A stretch of 64,000 nt of DNA from Daphnia carinata (lineage: Eukaryota): positions 62,001 through 126,000 of the forward strand of contig NC_081333.1 in assembly GCF_022539665.2 (NCBI RefSeq). Reading direction: 5' to 3'. The position numbers and the translations under genes are program-made. Within the stretch, counting starts at the first letter, position 1. Every line of letters starts with the position of its first letter. Under the pieces are notes generated by a model. The model was given only the letters and a program-made list of their open reading frames with translations, did no database searches and was not told the DNA's origin. Shown here in pieces: positions 40,600 through 53,639 of this stretch.

Positions 40600-43500
40600 T
40601 TGTCCAAACTGCAACGTCCTCCAACTGGAACTCTACTGATCTCCGTCTTGGAACGTGGCTTCCGTTTTAATTACAAAAGGACGGCGTTCATCTTTTGCCA
40701 GTCGGTGAGGGGCCTAGAAAATATTCTTTTATTTTATTTATTGAAATGCGCAGTCGCAGATGTTTGCCGTCTATAATATTGAAAGGCTTATATGCATGTC
40801 CAGACTGAGATGAGAGATAACCTCCTCGTTCTGTACAGCAAACAGCTGCTGCTGTCCTTTCACGCGACTTTTTTGGCAACAGAAAGAAGAACAGCATCGA
40901 TGATGACCAAAATAAACCAACTTTTTTTTTTTATTCCATTTTATTTATTTTGGGTGCGGAATTGCGGATGAATAATTTTTTTTTCCCTACTGAATATTCT
41001 AATCAGAAGGGAAAGGTTGATTTTTTCTGCCATCGTCCGCTTTTTTTCTCTGTCGTTCGTAAATATAATTAAACTTAAACGTTTCAGAAAATTCAATTTT
41101 ATTTAGCATCTGCATGGTAAATCTATCCGCCAATAATAAAGAATCAACATTGCAGCATCCAAGATGTCGGCAGCAAAACTCCACCGACTGATGTTTATCT
41201 TTTCTCGTGTTGTTGATGTATTTAATTTATTCTTTTTCTTTACAGCTGGCAGTTGTCCCACCCGAAATGAAGACCATCATTTTCCAAACAAACATAAATT
41301 GAAACGACAAATATTTATTTTTCACCGAAATGATTGTTATATTGCCTGCATTCAATGCTATCCCTCGTACTCAATGAATTTTATGGCAATCGTAGCAGTG
41401 GATGTGCGTGGCAATCCATCATACGGAGATGAGCCAGCACCCACCATAGGTATACAAAGTACACCTATAAATGCGATTTAAATTGTATAAACATCCGTCT
41501 ATGGTGCGTCGTCTGCCCATACATCCAATGTTATCCCTACATCCAAGGCTTGTAACATATCGGCTTGCGTACAAATAATCCGATATAGCGTTCAGACACG
41601 CGATCCGTCTAATTCTGACGGAAGTCTCGTGTACGGACACTTGAAAATTAAGAAACGCAAATTCCTGTTAAAATCCAGGCTGATGCACTCGCTTTTCTAT
41701 TTTTTGCAGTTTACATTGCGTGTGGTGAGGTAATTCCTTTTGAGTCTATCAGGGTAGACGGTCGGCAAATCTTTTTTTCATTCCCGATTCTTATGATCTT
41801 TAAAAAGGGGGGGTCTTTTGTCTTATTCTAATTATCACCACACGCAGCGAAGTGATGATGATGAATCAGCACATCGCCATAGAATAAAAACTGCGTGAAA
41901 CACACACAGACAGCATTTAACTCACGCACGAAGGAGGTCGTTGAAAAGGGAAAATGACTCAACTGTTATGAGAAATCCCCTCTTCTTTTCAGCTTTAGGC
42001 TGTTAATCCGTGGAACGAAAACAAAGACGTGCAACAAACATTGAAAATGATAATTCTCCTTTGTTCTTTAGCCAACGCCATCTAGCGGCCGAATTCAAAT
42101 TAATAGAGGAAAACATTTGTCGTCTGCTAACTTCAATTCAGACGTCTGTCGTGTTTGAACACCTCCATTGTTTCTCTTTTTGTTCGCAAAATTGCGATAT
42201 GCATCTCCGCCATTTTTCTTGACGTCTTGGCAATAACAAAGTCACGAACGTATACGGCTGTCAATGACACTAGGCCATTTACAAAATGTTTATCAATGAA
42301 TTACTTGCTGTCATCTTTTCTCCTTATTTTGCGTGTCCTACTCTGCTTCGACTGAAAGTTAAAACTTTCTCTTTTTCCTTTTGCTGCAGCATCCATTCGT
42401 GCATTGCACGTCCTACAGCAGTTTAAAAAAAAGGATTTCTATGTTTAGAACGAAAAATATGAAAGCAATTAGTATGAAACATTTTCGCTTCAACCTATTA
42501 AACGTGATGTCGGGTTTTAATTGAATGATAAACAATGCCTCGTTATACCGTAACGCTTCTATTAACACCAAGTAATCAGATGACCTAATTTCTTCTTCGT
42601 CCAGTTCATTTGTTTTGATTCTAACCCACTTGTATAGCGACGAATGGAAGCGTGTAGCCATTTATTTACTACTCGTCAAAATATTAAGAATATAAAGAGA
42701 AATCTTCACACGTTGATGGCGAAGGACATGTTAACGAAAATAAGAGTTCATCGAGACCATAAAAATCGGCAGAAGTTTCAGTTTCACCAGAGGATGCTAT
42801 AAATTAAATACACCTCATAAAACCGGGTGCGTCTGACATAAACGATCAGATTTTTAGCCAGAAAAAATACAGCCAAGAATAGAAAGGTATACGAAAATAC
42901 GATGTAACATGGGTTAGGAAATTATGTAAGTCGTCTATTTTAAAGGGATAAATTTAGCAGCGAAAAGTCACGACGAACATCCACGACATTCAGTTGAGTA
43001 GAAGACAATGAAAGTAAGTCGTTTGCAAAACACAGACCTCGTGCCGAAAAGAAAAAAGGGCAATCGTTTTGGCCATTGTCATCCTTCATCTTCTATCATA
43101 TTTTAATTTACTTATTTAAATGTTTCCACTGAAACGGCCGGATGTATGCTGTTTTCAGTTTAATTATCTGAATATTTTTTCACTTATCCAAACGTGCTTA
43201 AACCAATTTTAAGACAATTCAAATAGAACCTAACGAGCAGTTGCTCTCCAAACTCCAATGTCTTCATCAGACTGCAAACTCATTGCCGTCTATGTTACGA
43301 AGCATTGCCGTTTACTACTTGCCTATTTAACTAAAATTTAATCATTTGACTATATTTCTTAAAATTTTTGGCACAAGGCTGACGTTTTAAAATAATAAAA
43401 TTAGAATAAAGTACTATTTTAAATTTTAAATTAATGTAGTTTTTGAAAATCCGGCAACGCCGACGATTTGCATACAGCAGACATATTGGCGGCATGACAG

Positions 43501-44904
43501 GCAACAATTGAAATTGTCTGAGGTTAGGATTGAAATCTGTGACAGCCTAAACGATTTGTTGCGAACAGAATCGTGCCATTTACCATACTAATCAAAGTGG
43601 TAAAAGAACGGTTGTTCAGAACTTCGTAAGTAGTGTTTGCTTATTAACAAGTAATTTCTAAAATATGTTCTATTGTTCTAAACGTAAGAATCTTACAAAA
43701 CTTCGACTTGTGATGAAATTCCATAGTATGTGCCAAAAGAGTTTTTATTCAAATAATGGTATATTGATAGCCCTTCTATTATAGAACTTAATGCTTGTAC
43801 AATGTCTTAATTTTTTCGTTGGATCTCCTTCCCATGACAAAACGTTTTTAAAGCCTCTCATATAGTTCAAGTTAGGTTCATCATTCTTTATTCTAATATT
43901 TCATAACTGTTATATTTTTATTGCGTAATAATGGGTAATGCAAACAATGCCCCTTTGTCACACTGTGCATTCCTAACATGTAAGATCTGCAATATCTCTA
44001 AGGGGAGTCTATACATTAAAAACTGTCACAAGCCAAATTGAATTATCCTTACCAAAACTTTGTATATGATTGCAGTTGCAAGTAACTTGAGAATTAACTA
44101 TATAACTCATCAAGAACTGTATCCACTAGTTGAATGTCAACTTTGGTTGCAGCGTTAAAAGGTTCCTTTCATGGGCTTCCCACTCGTTATCGATCGTTCG
44201 TGTTGATGGCTAGTGCTGGGTGAGAAAACGAAAATTCATTGACTTCATTTTCTCATTGTTTTCATTTCCTAATCATTTGTGTTTCGTTAAAAGTGATAAT
44301 TTTTTTTTGTCTTTATCCAGCATTCATTCCTTCAGTTCAACAAAGGTTCGCCTTGTATTCTTCGTCTTTACCAGATTGCCATGAAACCGTTAACTACTGT
44401 AACTGTACGGCACATCTGTCTAGAGCCTCGGTATCCTACTTAATCGTTTAACAAACCCTATATCCTGCTGATCTTTTCTTTATTTCTAAACGCCATCTAG
44501 GTTCTCTAAATGCTTTAAATGAAACTCGTTATTCAGGGAATACATTCTACAAAATAGCCTGAAACCGTTGCAGGTTTTGGAACTTGGATCTTGGCCGAAA
44601 GATAATTATCAGCTAACACGGTTAGAGATTACGCCTCATGATGTCGAAACGTGTTTTATCGATTATTGATGCAACGACTTGCTTATCAGTATCTATCAGT
44701 TTATTACACCATGGGAAAAGCCAACATTTCTAAAGGTAAAACAAATGGTAAATTGAACGTTACACCTTTTTTTATTTGATATAATAAAATTTCTTATGAT
44801 AAAAAAGCACTGAGATAGTGCGAAGGTTTTCTATTTTCCGTTAACAACTGCAGTCGTAACGGTTGTCGACCGTCTTTCCCCATTTGAAGATTCAGCGGTA
44901 AATT

Positions 44905-47900
44905 ATGGCAGCAAAAGTAGAAGAAACGGGTGAAATTTCGTGTTCAGAAGACAAAATTAAAATTCTATTCATTTTTCGTGGAAATGATTTGCACTGCCAG
45001 GATGAACTTCTTTTGAACGACCTCGGCTATGGATCCGTTTATCGCGGCGTGTGGAAGGGCAAACCTGTGTCAATTAGACAGGTCCCGAAATCCCATTGTT
45101 TCCCCAATTGGAAGGAAAACTTCGACCGTCATGTTAAGGGAACCCTCAACTCTGATAATGTTCTCAAAGTTTTGGGTTTCGAGGAGGATAGCAGTTTGAG
45201 GTCTGTAACATTTCAATAATTCAAATGCTATAGTAATTGTGCTGTAAATTACACTTGAATTCCCACAGATATTTTGCTCTCGAATTGTTTGGTGGTACAT
45301 TGGAACAATATTGTAACCGCCAGTATAATGGACCGATGCCATTTGATGCCCAAGTCCTTTATCAGATTGCCAAAGGAGTTGCTTATTTGCATAAACGAGG
45401 ACTCGCTCATGGTCGTCTTAACCCAAAAGCAATTCTTATATGTCAGTCTCATCCTGTCAAAATGAAGGTGTCAGATTTTGGACTGTGCCAGTTTAAAGAC
45501 GCATCATCAGACTGTGAGTATAGATCCAATCTACATTGTCGTAAATTAGACTCAACATATTTAATGCAATTTTAGGTGACGCGATAAATATGAAAGAAAG
45601 TTTGCCTATTGCGGGTAATGTTCAAGAGGACCTCACTCATCCAAAGTATTGGATCAATTCGAGATTACCAAGAAAATTAAAAGAGCCAACAGAAAGCGGC
45701 GACACTTTTTCGATTCCCGCGCCTACAGTACATGGAGATACATTCGCAACTGGATGCCTATTCTTTTATTTCTTGGAAAGAGGATTGCATCCGTTTGGTG
45801 ACACAGCATCAATATTAAATAACATTTCAAGAATGAATTCCATCAATCTTAAAAGTAATTAACCGTTGGACTGTCATTCACGTCCAATCAGTTAAAAAGC
45901 TGAAATCGTTTGCAGTTCAATAACTTCTATTTAACCATCTATATTTCAATATTGTAGAACTAGACAAAACCCATTTTGCTTTTGATTCAATTGAGAAATT
46001 GATCCAAGACCCTCCAACAGATGGAACTCAGCTTCTGTCGATTGCACTTGTTAAGTTCAAAGATGTTCTTCCCCGTAAGTTCACAGCTTGTTGTCAAATT
46101 GACTCCAGCAGTTCATTTTTATCATTGTAGTGAGGATTGACGAAAACAAGATATATGGCCAAGGTGCATACGGAATTGTGTACGCAGGCAGGTACGACGG
46201 GAAACCAGTTGCAGTTAAGAGACTATCGAGAGACGTTTATGTATCTGAAAGCACGAAGAGGGAAATGAAAAGAGAAGTGAAAGGACATAGCCAGATGGAT
46301 CACGAAAATGTTCTGAAGCTTTTACACATCGATGAAGAAAAACATTCCTCTTTCATGTAATATTCACTTAACTTTTTTTTTTATGTGAATAACGGAGAGT
46401 TTTACACATGGAATTTCGTTATAGATACCTCGTTCTGGAATTGTGCGCTGGAACACTAACGAATTTTTGCGAAAAGAAATACCAGGGACCGCCATTGCCA
46501 CAAGACGAATTGGTCTTATACCAAATTGCGAATGGATTGCATTATATTCATTCCAGCGGCTTGGTTCACCGTGACGTAAAACCGGACAACATTCTCATTT
46601 CCATGACGTCACCTCCTACAATTAAGTTGTCCGATTTCGGACTGTGCAAAAAAGTTAGTCATCAAGAAACATTTTCTCAAAGTGCACTAAAAGGAACTAG
46701 GGACTGGATGGCGCCAGAAATGCTAGAAATTATGAACGATTCTGAAAACGAAAAGAACGAACTTCCTCACGGAACAATCGAAAGCGACACATTTTCAGCT
46801 GGATGCGTCTTTTTCTATTTCCTGACGCGCGGATCACATCCGTTCGGAAATTCTCATTCGGCACCAGCAAATATCTTGCAAAACAAGCCAGTGGAAATTG
46901 TCAGCTACATACAAAGTAAACTATTTACATTATTTATTTAAATTAAATTAAAATTACTCTGAATGTTTTGGCAGGTTTGCAAAAAGAAAAAGAAGGAAAG
47001 CTAGAACTTTACAATGTAATTAAAAACATGATTACTAAAAAAGATGAAAGAATTGCATTGTCCAATGTTCTCGCACATCTAACGTCGCTATTAACAGCAT
47101 ACCGTATGCCTATCCCTTTTTTAAATTTACAAAATAATGATAAAATGGTGGTCCTAAAATCCTATTTATTGAATGAAGGCCAATTCAAGGAGATCGAAAG
47201 GGCGATACCTGGATCAACTAGCTACTGGCAAGTTTGCCGTTTCAATCCAACAAAGCCGGTTCTCGCCTGTAGCCTTAAATATAAAGTGATTTTCTTCACT
47301 GCCCCGGACGCTGTAATTCCATTTTCCAACTGGAAGCAGTCTGAACTGAAATTGCAAGCTCAAAATGGGAATGATATTTCAGCATTACAATGGAATGTGA
47401 GTTTCTTCAATGTCACAATATTCTTTCTAAGTGCAAGCGTTAACGTCAAAAAGTTCTGCGCTGACCTATTAATCGGGTAAAGTATGAGTGCATTGATCTA
47501 CGAAACCTTTGTCATTATGTTTTATTTGGACATTTTTTTTTCTTATTCCGATTGTGCGCAGAATTAAACCTGAATCTGTTAATTCTTATTGTAGCCAAAC
47601 GGAAATCAATTGGCTGCTGGCTGCAGGAACGGTGATGTCATCGTCTGCAATTATCCAACTGGCGAAATTATCTTTCAAATGAATCAGCATTCACGTATGG
47701 TTTCAATAATAGAATGGAATCCATCGAGATTAGACATGTTGGCTTCTATCGATAACGTAAGTGGAAACAAAACAAACTCAAATGTTACTGTCCTAACGAA
47801 AACAATTCACTAAATCTATCGATGCAACCTTTACTCGAAGATAACTATTATTGTTTTGAGGATTTAAAAAATTGTATAATTCTTTTTATGTTTCCTTCTC

Positions 47901-49381
47901 TTCAGATGGGCACAAAATGTTTGCTATGGACGTCGCCAAGCGACTCGATGACAAATCAGATAAGGACCATCGAAGGTGAGGGTGTTATCACCTGTGCAAA
48001 ATGGATTTCTGAAAATCAAATCGCTCTCGGATTTCGTTATGGCGTGATTGGGATTTGGGAAATTCTTTCTAACCCGACATCAGCTAGATGTACAACGTTT
48101 ATTCGAGACGTCGACTTCCATGTCAGTTTGTTTTTATCTTGAATGCCTGAAAGTAATTTCTGTCAATCCGTTTCTCAATTTATTTGGTAAAGGATTCTAT
48201 AGAGGATCTACATTGGAATGAAAATGCTAAATATTTGGTCTCTTGGTCACGCTACGGAGAAATTAAGGTAAAAATGTCGTTTGCTCACAGTTCATAGAAA
48301 TAAGATGAAAAGGAATGTTAGCGACATATTTATTATACTCGGTCTTGAATTGTCATTTTTAAAATGCAGATTTGGTCAACAGACCGCGAAGAATCTATTT
48401 ACGGAAATGACGATTTCATATGTACGAGTTTCACATGGCGCCCTCACAGGACAGTGACAGGCGAAATAGAATTGTCCCGAAGTTTAAATTATGCTTGGTA
48501 TAGTAAAGGATTTGCTACTTGTGGCAAATTCCTTTAAAAAATCATAATTTTAACTGGCGTTTGACTTGGTATTTATTCATTTTTTTTTTACTATTATTTG
48601 TTTGCTCGGAAAGCCTGAATCAAGTCAAATGAAATTTCATGAAACCAAATCGGGGGTAAAGCTTTAACTTAACGTTTATTTGTCTACTTTCCTATATTAT
48701 ATGTGGTCATTCGTGTCTTTGTAATTTAAAACATTACGCCTTTATCATTGATTTTCTTTTAATTCAGCGGAACGAGAGATGGAAACATCTTCATTTGGAA
48801 TCCGTTGAAAAACGAAGGAAAGCCTCAAATTCTATCTCGCCAACATGCCACAGAATTGGTTTTGGTCGTCTTTTCATCAGACGGGCAATTTCTGACATCA
48901 GCGGACGTGAATGGTAAAATAATCTTCTGGTCGACTGAAGTAAGATTAACCACTTTTTTGTAGCTTTAATACTGTTTAGTAATAAAAAACAGCATTGTGC
49001 TTGACTATAAAAAAAACATTTTGACTGAAATGCTAATTATTTTTCTGTTTCGTCGTGCACTATTTCAGACTTGGAAACCTGTTTTCATCACGCAAAATCG
49101 GGATGCGTATGTACCGAAGTTGTCGTGGTCGTCTACAACTTCATCCGCGGATGATAGTGGATATAAATTCGCCTTCTGCACTTACGTCGTTGGAGGCAGT
49201 ATGGTAATGAATTTTCGCCTTGAATCGATTGCACATACACGTGTTGTAGAAGCTCTGCCGTTTAAGGAAACTTATGTCGCATTATATTTCATTCATTGCT
49301 TCCCTTAAATAGGTTCATGTAATCGAATACGCCATTACGGACACTAATGACGTCCAGCAACCATCCATTCAACAACCTTAA
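44905..49381 (+). CDS. Tandem pseudokinase + Ser/Thr kinase (IRE1-like kinase domains) followed by divergent WD40-like repeats; multi-exon
   Basis: Domain 1 (~45010-45855) is degenerate. Domain 2 (~46131-46915) has GQGAYG, VAVK, HRDVKPDNIL, DFG, WMAPE and SDTFSAGCVFFYFLTRGSHPFG. The C-terminal exons read CRFNPTKPVLA, ISALQWN|PNGNQLAAGCRNGDVIV, HSRMVSIIEWNP and VVFSSDGQFLTSADVNGKIIFW. Confidence 0.85.
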
Positions 49382-50034
49382 AAACGACAACAAGCTGTAG
49401 GCCAACTGATGAAAAGAAACTACGAGACAGTAAGTAATCGCATCCAGCAGGCTTTTAATACGTTTCTCCTTCTTCTTTTAGCCGTAGTGTCGCTAACGTA
49501 ATCCCAAACAAAGAATGTAAAACACAATCTACCATTTAAATTGGTCCTCTAAATGGTTTAGTTTACTGATAACTACCCATCATTGTTAAAGTATGTCTCT
49601 TTCTTCCGTCGAAGAAGAGGGACAAATTCAATTCTCCCAACTTAAAAATTTGTAATAACCAATGCATAAGAGCACATAAAAATTGATAGAAATTCATCAC
49701 ATCTACTAGTTGGATCAGTGTTGCAATGTCAGGGTTCAAAAATTTAGCGGTAGGTACACAAATAATCACAAAATCCAAATTAATTTAATTAACCGTGAAT
49801 TTAACATTCAGCATTGCACGTTATTTAAGGTACTAAACCAAGCGTTTGGTTATTTTTTGAGTTTATTGAAGTCTGTATTATTAGAATGTTTGGACGCTGG
49901 TGAAAATAATTCCCTGAAAAGACGGAAAGAAAATAAAAAACAAATGCATTTCTAATCTATACAGGTAGTGAAAGGTGAGCAAAATTTCCTGGCCAGTAAT
50001 TTTAGCTAAATTCTTGTTGTTTATGTACTATGCA

Positions 50035-51005
50035 CTATGTAGCAGCTAGAACTATGCTGTCGGGTATGGGAATGTTATTAGTCTTTAGAAGATTCTCGAG
50101 TTCGACAATGAGTTTCCTTTGCCGTTGGTTGAGTTCTCTGTACTTGAGCAGTTCTTCTTCGAGTGCCTCTCTTCGACGCTTTTCGCATTCTACATGGCGA
50201 ACAGCCTGACTTCGCACAGAACGAACCATTCCGTTAAGAATACGAGCCACTCGCCACAAACGTAAAATGATGAAGAGGCCGAGGCCGTTAGTAGACGAAT
50301 GTGAGTGTTGCATCAATACGTCAAGAACGAATGTCACTAAAATGACGACAGTGTCAAATATTTCCCAACCCATCCTGAGAAAGGATAGACCGAAAGCTGC
50401 AATTTTGATGATTGTTTCCAAGAGAAACATGGCCAATATAGCTAGAAATACAAGACCAAAAATCTTGAAAATGAACGTGCCAACTAACAAGTTTACGGTG
50501 CAATTCACCTATACTGATGCTGTGCAAAACATCTGGTACTATGTAGTGCGCTTCCAATGGCACCTTGCTGCGGTTTTTCATCCCTGTTTCTTCCAACATT
50601 CCAAGTATTCTAAGGTCCATTAGAAGTTCTGCAATCACTACCATACAATCCACTATGACAAAGGATACGATAAAAACCTGAAAAGGTAATACCTGTTAAT
50701 AAACATACTTTGAATGTTTTTAGGTTTCTGTCTTATACTTGGAATCGATGTGAATTGAGTATTCTCCTTAGTCTTCCTCTACTGCTGGTATCAGGCATTG
50801 TAGTCAGATTGGGATCAGAAGCGTAGACATGACACGGGTGCAACACATCATCTTTAGGCAGAAGAGCATCATGCTGGTCAAATTGAGTACCATTCGAAAT
50901 CAACCTCGTCCCTGGGTCTTTGTCCACTGTAACCATTTCAATCTGAGACTGTTGACTCCCATCAATGTCGGTATGAGGTAAAAGCATTTCTTTAGTAGAC
51001 TCCAT
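50035..51005 (-). CDS. HVCN1: Voltage-gated proton channel Hv1; exons 51005-50739, 50677-50509, 50441-50035
   Basis: RLRRILNSHRFQ|VFIVSFVIVDCMVVIAELLMDL (S1 with the selectivity Asp), S3 WEIFDTVVILVTFVLD, S4 signature LRLWRVARILNG, C-terminal coiled coil and no pore domain. Confidence 0.93.
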
Positions 51006-51553
51006 GTTAGCGGAAAGTGAATTTTCTGATCATTCAGATGGAAAGGTACACATGTTTACTTTCAATACTGGTCCCATAACAACAAAACGCCTGTCAAGAA
51101 CTACAATGATTTTTGATTGAAGCCGAAATCCATACAAACACGGCACATCATTGGTTGATTTTAAAAAGAAACTCGGTTAATGGAAAGCATCGGCAACTAA
51201 AGCCCCTATCAAAAGAAGCTATCCTCTTTTGGGAAGCTGTTAAAATAGGTGGTAGCTCAGGTAAAAAGACGTCGTTCCTTACAATAATGGCTTGACAATG
51301 GGTTTCAGCAACAAACTTCAGACGAGGTTGCTGTACCCAGATAATTCAAATTGACCCGTCCATTTAACTTTATTTAATTAAACGAATACTAGATAAATCC
51401 TGGCGGAATGAAATCACTGTATTGCCAACCAGACCTTTTTTTCTACAGTTGTATACACATTTGGCCCAATCCCACTGATTTCTGCCGGTAAGCTTTCCAT
51501 TTTATTTTTTTAAAGAGTTTCATCTAGACACTATATAAGAACAGATAGGTCAT

Positions 51554-52651
51554 TCAAATCCTAGCAGTGTTCTGCTGAGCTAAGGACTTGATATTGGCGA
51601 TGCACTGGCTAAGGGTGGCCTTCTCTTGTTCGGGAGTAACTGCAGCACGAACGCTACGCAATACCCAATCGACGATATGGCGTTGCTCCAAATTCCGTTG
51701 GACGTTCTGAACTTCCACCTGGTAGTCCAATCGCTTCTTTGTCTATTATAACATAAGATTTAATAATTAGAACATTTCAATAGTTTATTTGCCAAAAAAT
51801 AACGTTACCTCGGCGAAGACTTTAATGAGCTGTTCGCGATAGGCTGCTTCCAATTGCAATGCGACATTCTCTCTCTTGGCATCAAAAAGCATCTTTTGGG
51901 CTAGGGCACGATCCTGTTCGATTTTCTCAACAACGATTCTATTCTTGCATTGTTCAATGACCGAATCCCTGCCGGAATTCATCTCAGCATCGCTTTTCTG
52001 GCAGATACAATGTTATCTGATGTAATAATTTCTGAATGTTTAAAGCATTCAACATTCATCACTTACAGCGACTTCTTTATCAAGAAACATGGCAGCAGCA
52101 GGGCCCATTTTCTTGACGGCATAGATACCCATGATGGCAATGGACAGACCAGTGTAGAACTCGTGCTCCATGATGTAGATTTCCTTGCTGAGGAGGTAGG
52201 TGGTCAAGCCCAGACCGAAAGTGTAGGGGCCTATTGAAAACAAACAGTATGTGATGATGATTTCTCTTACTGCACAATTTGAAAAGCATATTACCAGTGA
52301 CTCCAGTCTTGGAATAGAAAAACTGGAACCATTCTTCAGGGATGAAGCCCAATCGAACTTTACCAGGAAGCTCTTGGCGAACTGGCCTAGGAAAGTTGAC
52401 CAAATCCCTTTCTGGGCTTTCTGCTACAGCAGCTGATGCTGCGTTCGTTGCGGCCGAGGTTTGGGTCAAACGAATTGGCTGAATGGCCGAGCGAACTAGA
52501 CAGACAAGATAATATGTAACAAGTTGGATTAGTATATTAAAGATTTTGTATATCATCTAAATATTCGAGATTTTAATGTAACTGAGTTTTTTTAAACAGT
52601 AAAAAGGTTGACAAAAATTTCACCTGGCTTTAATGCAATCCTGGACAACAT
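51554..52651 (-). CDS. ATP5PB: Mitochondrial ATP synthase peripheral stalk subunit b, multi-exon
   Basis: Presequence MLSRIALKP, then [87 protein letters not shown] and [14 protein letters not shown]. Confidence 0.96.
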
Positions 52652-53639
52652 GTCGAATTATTTCTGGCTAAAGCAATCAGAAAATATGGCCCAAATCCTC
52701 ACACACACAAGACCGGCGATGGGAGAAAATAATGGCGGACAAGAAGAAACCACTAGTTCAAACGAGTAACTATAACAAAATATTTATTTAACTTCAGCTA
52801 CGAAACTGATAACAGGGTTAACATTGTAAAACAAGTTAAGCAATTTCTAATCGAAAATTAATTTAAAGAGTTTTATTGAAATAATTATTTTAATATGTAG
52901 TGACTAACGTAGTGCCGAATGATGCTGGTTGCGCGCGCAATCCAAATAACAAGGTGTATAATCCATCATTTTTAAATCGCTTCCAAACGCTGTTTAGTCC
53001 GTAGCAAACAGACGCTATTAAGATTGATGAACTACGAGCCTATCACACAAAAAAGCAAGGACTGAGAACGGCCACACGAAAGCCGCCATAACCAATCCCA
53101 GAGCTCCAAACAAAACCTGGGACGTAAATTGGAGTAAAGCCTCATGCGCTCCAAGGTTTCATATTAGATTTTTTTAAAAGCTGCACAAATGGTCTATTCT
53201 CGTGAAATCAACTATATATTTATCTTCCAGGATATACCAATCTTTCCCCATAGTACCAATCGTTACTTCCAGGAGAAGAGATTAATTATGCCCAAAGATG
53301 GCGCGTCGGTTGCTGTTGGAATGACGCGCGCGCACTACGGAATCGATTTCCGATTCTTCTTCTTCTTCTCCCCCGCCTCTCTTGTACGGGCTGATGTTTC
53401 CTTCATGTGTCGCATAGGCACCAATGGTCCTATTCTACAAACGAGTGCGAAAAAAAGGAACGCACGCACGAAAAGGAGTCAGTGGCGGCGAGTGGCCGAC
53501 TGGGACACACTTCCAACCCAATATCTCTTCGTTTTATTCTAAGAATTAAATTTGTAATTAACAAATTTCAAATAGTTCGTGGTTTTTATTAGTGTGCTTT
53601 TTAATCCAGTGATTTTGGAAGATACAAGACAATTCAAAA

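Noticed and set aside
41605..41660. Hammerhead-ribozyme-like CTGACGG...AAGT...ACTT GAAA
   Set aside because: The core deviates from CUGANGA and I could not place stem I or a cleavage triplet.
42400..44900. AT-rich intergenic stretch examined for transposon remnants or RNA genes
   Set aside because: No terminal repeats, transposase or RT fragments, or tRNA-like structure visible by eye; a repeat-library search could still find short remnants.
44905..49381. Calling the kinase gene IRE1 itself
   Set aside because: It lacks the signal peptide, luminal domain, TM helix and KEN RNase domain that define IRE1.
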